A DNA stretch of 64,000 nucleotides, taken from IMG/VR virus record IMGVR_UViG_3300029288_000080, positions 96,001 through 160,000 of that record, one strand, 5' to 3'. Position numbers and translations under genes: made by a program. The stretch comes from a virus (Duplodnaviria; Caudoviricetes). The notes beneath the pieces were generated by a model, which was not told the origin of the DNA, did no database searches, and saw nothing but the letters and a program-made list of their open reading frames with translations. Shown here one piece after another: positions 1-9,330 of this stretch. How positions within the stretch are numbered: position 1 is the first letter of the stretch; every line of letters starts with the position of its first letter.

Positions 1-2471
1 GCAAACAGACCCTGTGGGGCGCGGTGGCTGGCGGGGTCGTGGCGACCACTGTCGCGCTCGTGCTCATCCTTGGCGGTCCGCCCTCGCTGATCCCGCACCG
101 GGACTCCACGGGTGCCCGCTCCCTCCTTTGGCTCTACGCCCCTCGCGACATGGGCCGCCTCCCCGCCCGTGCCTCGTGGTGTACCCTCGGCCGCTCGGCT
201 GAGCACTGCTGGCTCATGGACCAACCCAGCGGCACGCTCACCGACACTGGCTCGGCCGCCACCAAGTGGCATATGACCGCCGGGGCGGGTACCCGCCGAA
301 GCGTGGCAACGGGTGTTCCTGTGGCCACGTCGGCCACTACCTGGGATGCCACGAGCGAGCTTGGCGTGGGCACGGATCAGGTGTCCGGCGCCGGGCTAAG
401 TCGCGCCACCACCACCACTGACGCGAGCAACGTGCTGTCCGTGTCCTTTGCTTTCTCGGCCCCCCATGCCGGACCTGGATACACCGGTCAACACCTCATC
501 TATCACCAGGGCACTACCAGTGGATTTGAGGTATACATCACCACATCTGGGTCGTCTGCCACGATCACGGCATATCTGGATGGCGGAGCCCCGACGAAAT
601 ACCTGAACAGCATCGCCGCTCCTATCAGCGACGGGGCCCCGCATTGTGTTACAGTTGTCATTGACGCGCGAACACTGAACGCTTTCCGGGTATACGTTGA
701 TGGGCTGGATTACACGCCAGAAGAGCACAATGCAACATCGGTTGTATCGTTCGCGCCAAATGGCACTCCAACGTTCTACTTGTATCGTAACGGGAATGGC
801 TTGTACTCCCTGGCCGGCGTGGGTGGTAGGGCTCGCTACGATGTCGCCGCTCTCACCTACGACCAGCATCGCTCGATCTGCGGCACCGCGTGGGATGCGC
901 CAGAGGGAGGAGATACCAAGATCGCTCCAGGCGATGACTACTACGCCCAGACCGTTGCGGCTGCGCGCTGCTACGCATCAAGCGCCACCACCGCGACTTG
1001 CGCGCCCACAGCGGCCCCGTGGTATGCCTGGGACCGCTCTACGTCGAGCACTCGATGGCCGGTAGAGCCCGCCAGAACCAATCGGCTCAAGTGGTCCATG
1101 GGCGCATCGTGCGCCCGCTGGACATGTTCGACGGCCACCATGGCCAACACGGTTTCGCCAGCCGGTACCAACTGGGCAACGGCGATCACCATGGGTGGAG
1201 GATACGCGCAGACCGAGCAGGCGAGCGCGTACACCGCCGCGGCTCCGCTCTATCATCGGGTGTGGATGAAAGCCAGCAGTGGCACCATCGACGCCAGCAA
1301 CGTGGGGGGGGAAGGCCACTGGACCATCGACGGCACCACGCTCGGAGGCGTCTGGACCGAGCTCTACACCGGCCACCCGGCCGTGACTGAGATCCAACCC
1401 TGGAAGGCCACGGGGGCCGGGGCGGTCGTTTACCGCGTGAGCGGAGCCAACGTGTCGATCTGGGGGGCCACGCTCACCGAGGTTGCGGGCCTGTCCGTGA
1501 TCCCCACTGCCGCTGCGGCGCAGTCCACTGCCGCTCCGCGTTGGTCCGTTGACGATATCGCCGATTCGTACTACCCGGCCGGGTCCGCGGTGACGCAGTC
1601 GCTCACCACGCTGTCTGGTACGTGCCTGGCCGAGAGCGGTACAGATATTCTGCTGTCTGGATCCTCGACCTGCACCGGGTATTGGAGCGAGCTCAAGATC
1701 GTGGGCAAGCCAGCCGCGTCGGATGGCACCTACGGCACCAGCGGGCGCGTAGAGCTGTACGTGCTGGCAGGGCAGAGCAACGCGGAGGGACGCGAGGCCA
1801 TCGCCAACCTGGACGCAACACTGCTAGGCGTTCCAGCGGGAGTGGACTACTTCCACAATGCTTCCGCGCAATCAACGACGCTGACCAATTACGCCGATTT
1901 TTCGACCGCGATCTTGTTCGGTACGTATCGGTTTGGCGCCGCGCCCATGCTGGCAAATCGGTTGGCGGCGCAGCGGCCAAAGAAGCGTGTGGTGATCGCC
2001 CATATGGGCCTTGGCGGAACCTCACTCTACGCCGCCTGGCAGCCCTACGACTGGGATGCTGTGCGCGGAGCCGTTATTGGCGAGGCAGCAGGGGTATATC
2101 AGTGGTCCACGGTGACCAGTCGAATCAGATCCGCTATCGGCCGCCGCAAAGCGCGATTCGTCGCCGCATACTGGATGCAGGGCGAGCAGGATTGCCTATC
2201 GGATGTCGCAGCAGCGGACTACGCCACAGGGCTGGCCCTGCTGCAGTCCGCGCTGGCCGCTGAGTATGGAGCGCCAGAGCGATTCGTGATTGCACGGGTA
2301 CGCTGCGAGGCCGGCGACACTGGCCGCGCCGTGGTGCGTGCCGCTCAGGAGTCGTTCCCTTACTGGTTCAATGTGGACGATTTGCCGCTGCTCGACACCG
2401 TCCATTTCAACGAGGCCGGATACTACACACTCGGGATTCGGTTTGCCGGGTACTACAACCCGAACCCGTAG
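1..2471 (+). CDS. Membrane-anchored or virion-associated protein: LamG/ConA-like domain plus C-terminal SGNH/SASA carbohydrate acetylesterase (5' end probably outside the window)
   Basis: Frame is open from position 3. N-terminal hydrophobic stretch, LamG-like HCVTVVID..FRVYVDG, SASA motifs LAGQSNA, WMQGE and DTVH. Confidence 0.7.
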   Translation, partial: KQTLWGAVAGGVVATTVALVLILGGPPSLIPHRDSTGARSLLWLYAPRDMGRLPARASWCTLGRSAEHCWLMDQPSGTLTDTGSAATKWHMTAGAGTRRSVATGVPVATSATTWDATSELGVGTDQVSGAGLSRATTTTDASNVLSVSFAFSAPHAGPGYTGQHLIYHQGTTSGFEVYITTSGSSATITAYLDGGAPTKYLNSIAAPISDGAPHCVTVVIDARTLNAFRVYVDGLDYTPEEHNATSVVSFAPNGTPTFYLYRNGNGLYSLAGVGGRARYDVAALTYDQHRSICGTAWDAPEGGDTKIAPGDDYYAQTVAAARCYASSATTATCAPTAAPWYAWDRSTSSTRWPVEPARTNRLKWSMGASCARWTCSTATMANTVSPAGTNWATAITMGGGYAQTEQASAYTAAAPLYHRVWMKASSGTIDASNVGGEGHWTIDGTTLGGVWTELYTGHPAVTEIQPWKATGAGAVVYRVSGANVSIWGATLTEVAGLSVIPTAAAAQSTAAPRWSVDDIADSYYPAGSAVTQSLTTLSGTCLAESGTDILLSGSSTCTGYWSELKIVGKPAASDGTYGTSGRVELYVLAGQSNAEGREAIANLDATLLGVPAGVDYFHNASAQSTTLTNYADFSTAILFGTYRFGAAPMLANRLAAQRPKKRVVIAHMGLGGTSLYAAWQPYDWDAVRGAVIGEAAGVYQWSTVTSRIRSAIGRRKARFVAAYWMQGEQDCLSDVAAADYATGLALLQSALAAEYGAPERFVIARVRCEAGDTGRAVVRAAQESFPYWFNVDDLPLLDTVHFNEAGYYTLGIRFAGYYNPNP

Positions 2472-2478
2472 GAGCATC

Positions 2479-2850
2479 ATGGGACAAACACTTCAGATCA
2501 TCGTTGGGATCCTCTCTCCTGCAGGTCGCCCTGGCCTCGGCCGTCGATGCCGGCGACATGGTTTCCATCGGGGCGCAGTCCGGCAACTACGCGATGATCT
2601 GGAAGCCCTGGGTGTAGCGATGGAACCACAAGACAATAATGGTTTCTGGATTGGCTGTTTGGCGTCCGCGTTCAACCAACATTTATCCACCAGGTTTATC
2701 CGGTTGGCCCAACGACCAAGTGGCCCAGTTGCCCCCGTGGATCCACGGCACCTTGACGCCATCATGGTCCGGGCTCAGGCACGGGGTCGATCTGTTCAGC
2801 AATATTTGGCCGAGAGGGCCTGGATTAATTCTCGGCAACTGTACCGCTGA
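2479..2850 (+). CDS. Hypothetical protein
   Basis: ATG after AGGAG, packed behind the previous gene. Confidence 0.5.
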   Translation: MGQTLQIIVGILSPAGRPGLGRRCRRHGFHRGAVRQLRDDLEALGVAMEPQDNNGFWIGCLASAFNQHLSTRFIRLAQRPSGPVAPVDPRHLDAIMVRAQARGRSVQQYLAERAWINSRQLYR

Positions 2851-2860
2851 CCCCTGCACC

Positions 2861-2956
2861 ATGACTGATTGCGAAACCAACTGGCTGGCTTTCATCTGCA
2901 CCATCTGGGGCGCCATCGTGTACCACTGGATCATTGCGCCGCCCCACGACGAATAA
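2861..2956 (+). CDS. Small membrane peptide
   Basis: 31-aa ORF with one hydrophobic helix. Confidence 0.35.
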   Translation: MTDCETNWLAFICTIWGAIVYHWIIAPPHDE

Positions 2957-2960
2957 CGCC

Positions 2961-3068
2961 ATGTCGTACTGTCCAGATCCAGATGACCGTGGTCGTTTAT
3001 GTGTAGCGGTTTGCTTGCTGGTTTTACTTATTGTCTGGTGGCTCTGGTGTTCAGCACCCACGAGGTAG
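2961..3068 (+). CDS. Small membrane peptide
   Basis: MSYCPDPDDRGRLCVAVCLLVLLIVWWLWCSAPTR fills the gap between genes. Confidence 0.35.
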   Translation: MSYCPDPDDRGRLCVAVCLLVLLIVWWLWCSAPTR

Positions 3069-3071
3069 CAG

Positions 3072-3821
3072 ATGTTCCGCACGGCTATCGCGATCGACGA
3101 TCAACTTGACCAGTTGGTCCAGGCGTTTCAAGAGACCGAACAGACCCCCGGGGACACCCCGGCGATGTGGAACCTGGTCAGCAAGGTCAACGGCCTGGTG
3201 GGGCCTGCTGGGCGTAATCTCCGGCATTTTGTGGAACTGGAAGGCCGGTGGCTGGCTTTTCCGACTTGTCGACGGGCTCGCGGTTTTATCCAGTGGGACC
3301 CAGGAGCAAAAAAATGGCGTCTTCGACAAGGAAGCGGCCGCCTGGTTATGCGCGACCTTGAACCTGCCGTAGCATTTCTGGTCATGGCGGTCGAGTGTGC
3401 CGTGGCCGGGATACCAGAGACCCAGGCCGACCTGTTTCTTGATGCCCTTTATGCCCAAGGGACCGCGAGCCCCGCGGCCAATGAGGTCGTGTTGTTCGAT
3501 CAGGCGTTAGTGTCGATGGAGCAGGTGGGCGACGCTGCCGTGAAGTTGCGGTATTTATGGCTAGACCCTCGGGCGCGCGGCCAGGGGCTTGGCCATCGTG
3601 TCCTGAGTCTAATCGAGCGGTTGGCCGACCAGTATTGCTGCGACGTTTGGCTCATGGCCCAGTCGTTCAGGATTCCGGACCAATATAGCCGCGACCTCGA
3701 CACCGATCCCGGTGAGAATCTCGTCGAGACCGACCAGTTGGTCCGGTTGTACCGGGCCCACGGGTTCCAGGGCCCTGCCCGCCACATGCTCCGAGAGCCT
3801 AGGTGTAGAACCAGGGCTTGA
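3072..3821 (+). CDS. GNAT-family acetyltransferase domain protein
   Basis: Acetyl-CoA motif LWLDPRARGQGLG and C-terminal LYRAHGF. Confidence 0.7.
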   Translation: MFRTAIAIDDQLDQLVQAFQETEQTPGDTPAMWNLVSKVNGLVGPAGRNLRHFVELEGRWLAFPTCRRARGFIQWDPGAKKWRLRQGSGRLVMRDLEPAVAFLVMAVECAVAGIPETQADLFLDALYAQGTASPAANEVVLFDQALVSMEQVGDAAVKLRYLWLDPRARGQGLGHRVLSLIERLADQYCCDVWLMAQSFRIPDQYSRDLDTDPGENLVETDQLVRLYRAHGFQGPARHMLREPRCRTRA

Positions 3822-3866
3822 CTTCTCGGTCTTCATCGTTAGATTTTGCTAGCGTAGCGTTTCCTG

Positions 3867-3909
3867 GAGGCCCTTGGTGATGAACACCACCAAGGGCCTC
3901 GCTATTTTT
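3867..3909 (+). terminator. Intrinsic terminator
   Basis: Perfect 13-bp stem GAGGCCCTTGGTG/CACCAAGGGCCTC followed by a T tract. Confidence 0.65.
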
Positions 3910-3997
3910 GGCCCACCTGCCCCTTTCGGTTGAAACCAGTGGGTTTCCCGCATCAATCAGGTAAAACTGTTGTCCGGGGCCAATTTGCTGCTGGCCC

Positions 3998-4014
3998 ACG
4001 CTAATCTATAGCAG
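3998..4014 (+). promoter_or_regulatory. Putative phage late-promoter motif, copy 1
   Basis: ACGCTAATCTATAGCAG, matches four other intergenic copies. Confidence 0.55.
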
Positions 4015-4047
4015 CGAGGCCAATCCTCGGCCCCCAAGGAAACCAAC

Positions 4048-5589
4048 ATGATCTGGACCCCCAAGGTTTATGAAGAAGCCACCGCGGCCCTCCAGGCCAG
4101 CAACTCGGTCACGCGGGTGTGCCAGGACCTCTCGGCCCGGTGGGGCGAACTGATTTCCCCCAAGGCCCTGGACTGTGCGTTCCGGCGCGGCAAACTGAAG
4201 CAGCCGGCCCAATGGCTCAGTGGCCCTGCTGGCCAGCCGGCCGTCCACTGGACCAACAAGGTGGCCAAGCAGTGCGCCCAGGTGATCCGGCGGCACGGCA
4301 CCGTCGTGCAGGCCTGCGAGGAAATCTCTACCCTGTTGGGCCGGACCGTCACGCCCTCGGGGCTCCAGAAGGTATTCTTGTCCGCAGGGCTGAAGCCTCC
4401 CGGCACCTACGTGGACAAGAAGCTCCGCAAGGTGGCGCTGAGCCAGCAGTCAGCCAGGGCTGCCCAGTACAACCACAAGGCAGCGTTCAACGGGGCCGCC
4501 AAGGCCACTGGGCCAGCGGGGCCGGTGTCCAGAGGTGCCGTTGCTGGCCCTGGGCCCAGAGGATACGAACAGACCTACCAGGTTGGGGAGGAAGGGCAGG
4601 ACGAGCGACAAGACAGCCAGTTCAACCAGAAATTTCTTACGCTGGTTCAGAAGCAAATCAGAACGATCAATGAGCTAGCTGACCAGATGGACGTACCGCC
4701 CAAGGTGATCCGGCAGACCATAGCGTCGTTACAACAACAGGGCTATGGGGTAACGCTTGAGCGAGACCAGATTGTTGGTTTTAGTGCGGAGGTTGTCCAT
4801 GAAGTAAAAGACGCTCAGGAACTTACCGCACAACCTGGAACTGACGGCACCTACTGTTTTGGTGCCGTGGCCGACACGCATTTCGGGTCCAAATACTGTG
4901 ATGAGGAAGCATTTGTCCAGTATGTGGAATACGCGTATTCGCTCGGTGTTCGTCACATTTTGCACGCCGGGGACATTTTAACCGGTCTGCTGAACCATCA
5001 TGGCATGAGTTTTGAGGTCAAAACACTTGGCTTTGACAACCAGGTAGAACTTGCTCTGTCGGTTATGCCTCAAAAACCAGGACTATCTTATTTTGGGATT
5101 TGCGGGAATCATGAGCTAAATTCCTGGACAAAGTCAATCTCTATGTCACCGGGGGCCGCTCTGGTTCGGCGGGCACGCGAAATGGGGAGAAACGATATTC
5201 ATCATGTTGGCGACGTCCAGGGTAGGGTAGTGTTCGGCAAGGGTGAACAGTCCATCAAGGTAGAGTTGGCTCACCCGAAGGTGAGCGGTAGCACGTACGC
5301 GATCTCTTATCCGGTGCAAAAGTGGGTTGAACGCATGCCTGGTGGTGCAAAACCGCATATCCTTTTGTCAGGTCATCTCCACCAATTCAGTGTACTTAAC
5401 GTGAGAAACGTTGTCTGCGTGCAGCCCGGCTGCTTCGAGCATTCTACCCCGTACACCCGCGAGATGGGCCTGCACCCTGCTGTTGGGGGTGTAGTCATCT
5501 GGGCCAAGCGGGATGGTCTGAACCTGTGGTTCCGGAACGAGTGGGTTGCGACCCGGACCAAGCCGGTGGACTGGACCCAAATCGAGTGA
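4048..5589 (+). CDS. Calcineurin-like metallophosphoesterase with N-terminal repeats and HTH
   Basis: DTH, HAGD, GNHE, H and GHLH metal-binding motifs; wHTH-like INELADQMDV. Confidence 0.8.
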   Translation: MIWTPKVYEEATAALQASNSVTRVCQDLSARWGELISPKALDCAFRRGKLKQPAQWLSGPAGQPAVHWTNKVAKQCAQVIRRHGTVVQACEEISTLLGRTVTPSGLQKVFLSAGLKPPGTYVDKKLRKVALSQQSARAAQYNHKAAFNGAAKATGPAGPVSRGAVAGPGPRGYEQTYQVGEEGQDERQDSQFNQKFLTLVQKQIRTINELADQMDVPPKVIRQTIASLQQQGYGVTLERDQIVGFSAEVVHEVKDAQELTAQPGTDGTYCFGAVADTHFGSKYCDEEAFVQYVEYAYSLGVRHILHAGDILTGLLNHHGMSFEVKTLGFDNQVELALSVMPQKPGLSYFGICGNHELNSWTKSISMSPGAALVRRAREMGRNDIHHVGDVQGRVVFGKGEQSIKVELAHPKVSGSTYAISYPVQKWVERMPGGAKPHILLSGHLHQFSVLNVRNVVCVQPGCFEHSTPYTREMGLHPAVGGVVIWAKRDGLNLWFRNEWVATRTKPVDWTQIE

Positions 5590-7458
5590 TCAATCTTCTG
5601 GTGTGACTCTGCTTTTCCTGCTCAATATCGCGCTCATGTAAGGCAAGCTCACGTTAAACTGGTGTGCCAGCATTTTAATCGTGTGCATACCGGCAGCGTA
5701 TAGTCGCCGCGCTTCCTCTACATTCTGGTTGGTCATCTTGCTATTGATTGACTTCTCTCCTCGAGCATCCGTGCCGTGGCGGCGACGATCCAGAGAGTTT
5801 TCGCTGGGAGACCCGTAACATAGATTCTCGATCCTGTTGTCCCCGGGGTTTCCGTTTAGATGTCGCACACAGTATCCTGGCGGGCACGGTTCACCAGAGA
5901 ACGCCAGGGTAACCAGTCTATGGATTTGCCATTGTGTCATGGTACTCTTGCCTACCTCGGGGTTTGGTTTGCACAGCATCACCATGAGCCTGCCCATGTT
6001 GTGCCCTGGTTTCAACACGCGAGTTTTCTGTGTCCTGGTCATGTCGCCGTTCAAGTCTCTGGTGAGCCGGGTTAAACTTCTGACCTGTCCAGCATTACTC
6101 ACCTGATAGTACCCCTCAAATCCAGGTACGTCTAACCACCGTTCCACCTCGTCAGGTTGGTAAGCCCACCGAGCCCACACCGGAGTAAAATCAATCGTGC
6201 AAGGAGGTAGTTTTTCCTTCTTGCCCGGTACAACCGGTGCGTCAGCATCCAGGTAGGCCCAACTGTCTCGCCTGATAATCCTCCCTACCATCTCACGGCA
6301 GATGCCATGTTGGGCCGCGATGGCGGACTGACTCCTGCCTCCTTCCGCATACTGCTCCCGTATTTCTCTCACGGTGTCTTCGGTGATTTTACTCATGCCA
6401 TTACGCTCGCCACCATTATCTGTTCCATGACTTTTACGGTCAACAGAGTTTTCTTCGCGGGTGCCATAGCGTAGGTTGGTTAGGGCGTTATTTTCTGGGT
6501 TGCCATCCAGGTGGCGTATTTCTTGTTTCGGAGGACACGCACCCGTGAAGGCCAGCATCACCAGTACATGGACCAGGTAGTGCTCCCCTCGCCTGGTGGG
6601 TTCCCCGCCACACCCGCCAGCCAAGGACACGAATAAATGCCCAGACGCACTTTTTACTGGGCGCAACAGCACTCCTTGCCGTTTATACGTGCGCGCGTTC
6701 TTCTGAACCAATAGTCGGTCTACGCTCCTCACTCGGCCGAGGTTGGACACCAGATAGGCAGAAAATCCTGGTACCTCTCGCCATTCTTCCCCGGGTAAAT
6801 CTTTTTCATACAGGGTTCGCTTCTGCTGCGGTGTTACTGGTTTTTCGTAAGGTGCCTGTACGTCTGTTCGTTTCCACACCTGATATTTCACGATCCGACG
6901 CACAGTAGATGTGCCCACACCGTATTTTGCGGCCAACTCTGCGAAAGTATACTTGCCGTTTGCGTGTAGTTCGCGCATTTCGTCCACTTGGTCACCAGTC
7001 AACGCCGTCACGCCTGTGCGTGGGCCTCGTGGCCTGACGTCCAATTCTTTTTGCCGTGTGGTGTACTCCTCATGCGTTGCCCAACTTAGGTTTTCCAGGC
7101 TGTTGTTTTCTGCTCTACCATCAAAATGTAGGCATTTTTGTCCGTCTTCTGGTGTCCCAACGAAAGTTGTTAAAACCAAATCCGATACCATTCTACCCTG
7201 CATTTTGCTTCCGTCCATTGGGCACAGCACTACTCTAGCGTGGCCAGACGCACCGTAGGACGGCTTTATGACATGCCCGCGTACATGCCGTTTAAGCCGG
7301 CCATTTCGGAATATTTTACGGTCAAGACTCCTGACCCGTCCCCAGTCCGACACTTGGTATCCAGGGAAACTTGGGACATCCCGCCAGCGTTCTACTGCTT
7401 CGGAAGCACCGGGTTCAAGACCTGCAAACAAATCGTTTTGCTCAGATTCGTGCGTCAT
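5590..7458 (-). CDS. Homing endonuclease with three tandem NUMOD4-HNH-HTH modules
   Basis: Three copies of E.W..VP...Y.VS..G.VRS, H.[DN]G...N...NL and a C-terminal HTH; lower GC than the flanks; start refined to ATG 7458. Confidence 0.85.
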   Translation of the reverse strand: MTHESEQNDLFAGLEPGASEAVERWRDVPSFPGYQVSDWGRVRSLDRKIFRNGRLKRHVRGHVIKPSYGASGHARVVLCPMDGSKMQGRMVSDLVLTTFVGTPEDGQKCLHFDGRAENNSLENLSWATHEEYTTRQKELDVRPRGPRTGVTALTGDQVDEMRELHANGKYTFAELAAKYGVGTSTVRRIVKYQVWKRTDVQAPYEKPVTPQQKRTLYEKDLPGEEWREVPGFSAYLVSNLGRVRSVDRLLVQKNARTYKRQGVLLRPVKSASGHLFVSLAGGCGGEPTRRGEHYLVHVLVMLAFTGACPPKQEIRHLDGNPENNALTNLRYGTREENSVDRKSHGTDNGGERNGMSKITEDTVREIREQYAEGGRSQSAIAAQHGICREMVGRIIRRDSWAYLDADAPVVPGKKEKLPPCTIDFTPVWARWAYQPDEVERWLDVPGFEGYYQVSNAGQVRSLTRLTRDLNGDMTRTQKTRVLKPGHNMGRLMVMLCKPNPEVGKSTMTQWQIHRLVTLAFSGEPCPPGYCVRHLNGNPGDNRIENLCYGSPSENSLDRRRHGTDARGEKSINSKMTNQNVEEARRLYAAGMHTIKMLAHQFNVSLPYMSAILSRKSRVTPED

Positions 7459-7459
7459 G

Positions 7460-7681
7460 CTACTGGTCCTTTCGGGTTGGCTGCGTAGCCAACCAAGCCA
7501 AAACAGGCCCACGGAGTCCTGGGTCCGGTGCTGCAGCCCCGTGGCGCCAGCGGTTGATGGTAGAGCGGTTGACCCCCAGGGCTGCGGCGACCTCATGGTC
7601 TTGCAGTCCTACCCGAGCGACCTCGGCCACGAAGATCCCGTGGAACTCTTGGGCCCCGTAACGTAAGAACATTTCTGCCAT
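7460..7681 (-). CDS. XRE-like HTH protein
   Basis: EVAAALGVNRSTINRWRHG; coupled to the HNH gene. Confidence 0.7.
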   Translation of the reverse strand: MAEMFLRYGAQEFHGIFVAEVARVGLQDHEVAAALGVNRSTINRWRHGAAAPDPGLRGPVLAWLATQPTRKDQ

Positions 7682-7759
7682 GATGGTTCCTGGTGTGCTA
7701 TCTGCACACTATCGTTTTACCTACCAGCACCCCACCCACCAAAATTATTTTTCTTTTCC

Positions 7760-7788
7760 TTGACACCTGCCCACCTGTTCGGTATCCT
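7760..7788 (+). promoter_or_regulatory. Sigma70-type promoter
   Basis: TTGACA-17-TATCCT. Confidence 0.6.
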
Positions 7789-7821
7789 ATGGCCTGTCAC
7801 TAGCCCTAGGAGCCCATACCT

Positions 7822-8733
7822 ATGTCTGAACCCAGTGGCGACCAGCCGGTCGCGCTCCCTGTCGTTCCTGAAGCCGGCCTAACCGTCCTGATGAACCGGT
7901 TCATTGTCTCGCAAGTTCGCCAACGTCTCAGATTCGTTTGGGGCAACGACGCCGGTTGGTCCCGCGAAGACCTCTGCCACGAGTTGCAACGCAAGGCCCT
8001 GGAGGCATCCCGCACCGCGGATGCCAGGGGGTACAGCGAGCGGCACCGCAGCAACTCCATGAGGATCGCGGTCCAGAACTACTGCTCCAACTTGGCCCAA
8101 AGAAATTCAGGGGAAACCCGCGGGAAGCTCCGGAGGACCAGGGTGGCCGACGACTCCCGGGCGGCCTGGTTGGTCGACACCCGGGCCAGCAAGGTGGTCC
8201 CGATCGAGATCTCGCTGAAACAGCAGCACCGTCGAGGCCGGTATGTCCTGGTCCGGACCCAGGACGGCAATCAATGGTACCGGCACCTCTCCCGGATCCA
8301 CGACAGCGAGGCTGACGCCAACCAAGCCTTGGCCCAGTGGCTGCAGCGAGGCCAAGGGCGCCGCAAGGTCGTGATTGACCTGGCCCCGGACCACGATGAC
8401 TTTGGCCTCGTGGCCATCTCGATCGACGCACCCCGCCGGGCCCCCGATGGGGACCAAGACGGTAGTCTCCACGATTCCATCGCGAAGCCCCCGCGGCACC
8501 GGCTAGACATCTCGTTCCAGCAGGTTCACCAACCGCGAGTCCGCCAGTGCCTTGACCTCCTGCTCCACTACCCTGACGACCCGCTGTTCTGCCAGTTTTG
8601 CCGGGCCCGCGGGGAAGACCCCGCTGCCCTGGGGGACGCGACCCTGATGCGCCGCGCCATGGAGTTCTGCGGCACTGACCTCAAGGAAATGCGCGGTGCC
8701 TTGGCCCAGGTGTACCGAGAGATCAAAAAGTGA
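7822..8733 (+). CDS. Putative phage sigma-factor-like protein
   Basis: Region-2-like REDLCHEL...IAVQNYC; region-3-like ISIDAP....DGSLHDSI. Confidence 0.4.
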   Translation: MSEPSGDQPVALPVVPEAGLTVLMNRFIVSQVRQRLRFVWGNDAGWSREDLCHELQRKALEASRTADARGYSERHRSNSMRIAVQNYCSNLAQRNSGETRGKLRRTRVADDSRAAWLVDTRASKVVPIEISLKQQHRRGRYVLVRTQDGNQWYRHLSRIHDSEADANQALAQWLQRGQGRRKVVIDLAPDHDDFGLVAISIDAPRRAPDGDQDGSLHDSIAKPPRHRLDISFQQVHQPRVRQCLDLLLHYPDDPLFCQFCRARGEDPAALGDATLMRRAMEFCGTDLKEMRGALAQVYREIKK

Positions 8734-9323
8734 GGTACCTGGTCTATCGGGTAGCCTGCACAAAAGCCAAAGGTCAGGTTCCGGAGGTCCAAGGGATCGG
8801 GACCCTGACGTTTGATATCGTGGAAGGTTCGGGGCGGTCATCGGCCGACCTGGGGTACTGCATCGACACCCCTGGCAACATGGTCGAGTGGTTTGCCCAG
8901 CGGACCGGGGCCCATGGGGACCGATTGATCGGGTGGCACTCGAGAGAAATGCAAGCGGTGCTGTCGGTAGCCCTGATCAATGGGATCGACTTTGGCCATT
9001 ATTTCCAGCGGCACCAACACGTCCTGGGTGAACGGCACCAGCAACTTCACGGATGGCTCCAACAGCACTGTGGGGGCGGTACCTTGGCCCAGCAGTACAG
9101 CGCGCTGAAAATCAAGCCCGCTCCTAACCTCGCCACGCGACTCTCGCTGGACTGCCTTGTTCTGGCGGCCTTGTGGATTAAAATCCAGGTCGTCATGGGG
9201 GTGCTTGACATTCGTGGCCGAGCCAGTACCATGGATCTCGTGGGTTCAGCATTTCGCTGCAGTGACGCTGGCCCCGCTGTGCTGAGACAAGTAGAACGAG
9301 CAAGCAAAATCATCGCGAAATAG
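8730..9323 (+). CDS. Hypothetical protein (possibly a degenerate 3'-5' exonuclease fold)
   Basis: GTGA overlap with the upstream gene; weak LIGWHS motif. Confidence 0.45.
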   Translation: MRYLVYRVACTKAKGQVPEVQGIGTLTFDIVEGSGRSSADLGYCIDTPGNMVEWFAQRTGAHGDRLIGWHSREMQAVLSVALINGIDFGHYFQRHQHVLGERHQQLHGWLQQHCGGGTLAQQYSALKIKPAPNLATRLSLDCLVLAALWIKIQVVMGVLDIRGRASTMDLVGSAFRCSDAGPAVLRQVERASKIIAK

Positions 9324-9330
9324 GTGTTGT

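Noticed and set aside
3818-3909. Second small RNA (TTGACT-16-TAGATT plus hairpin)
   Set aside because: Weak promoter, and the hairpin is adequately explained as the terminator of the GNAT gene
7459-7596. Listed 668-aa start of the HNH gene
   Set aside because: Overlaps the XRE gene; ATG 7458 has an RBS and is coupled
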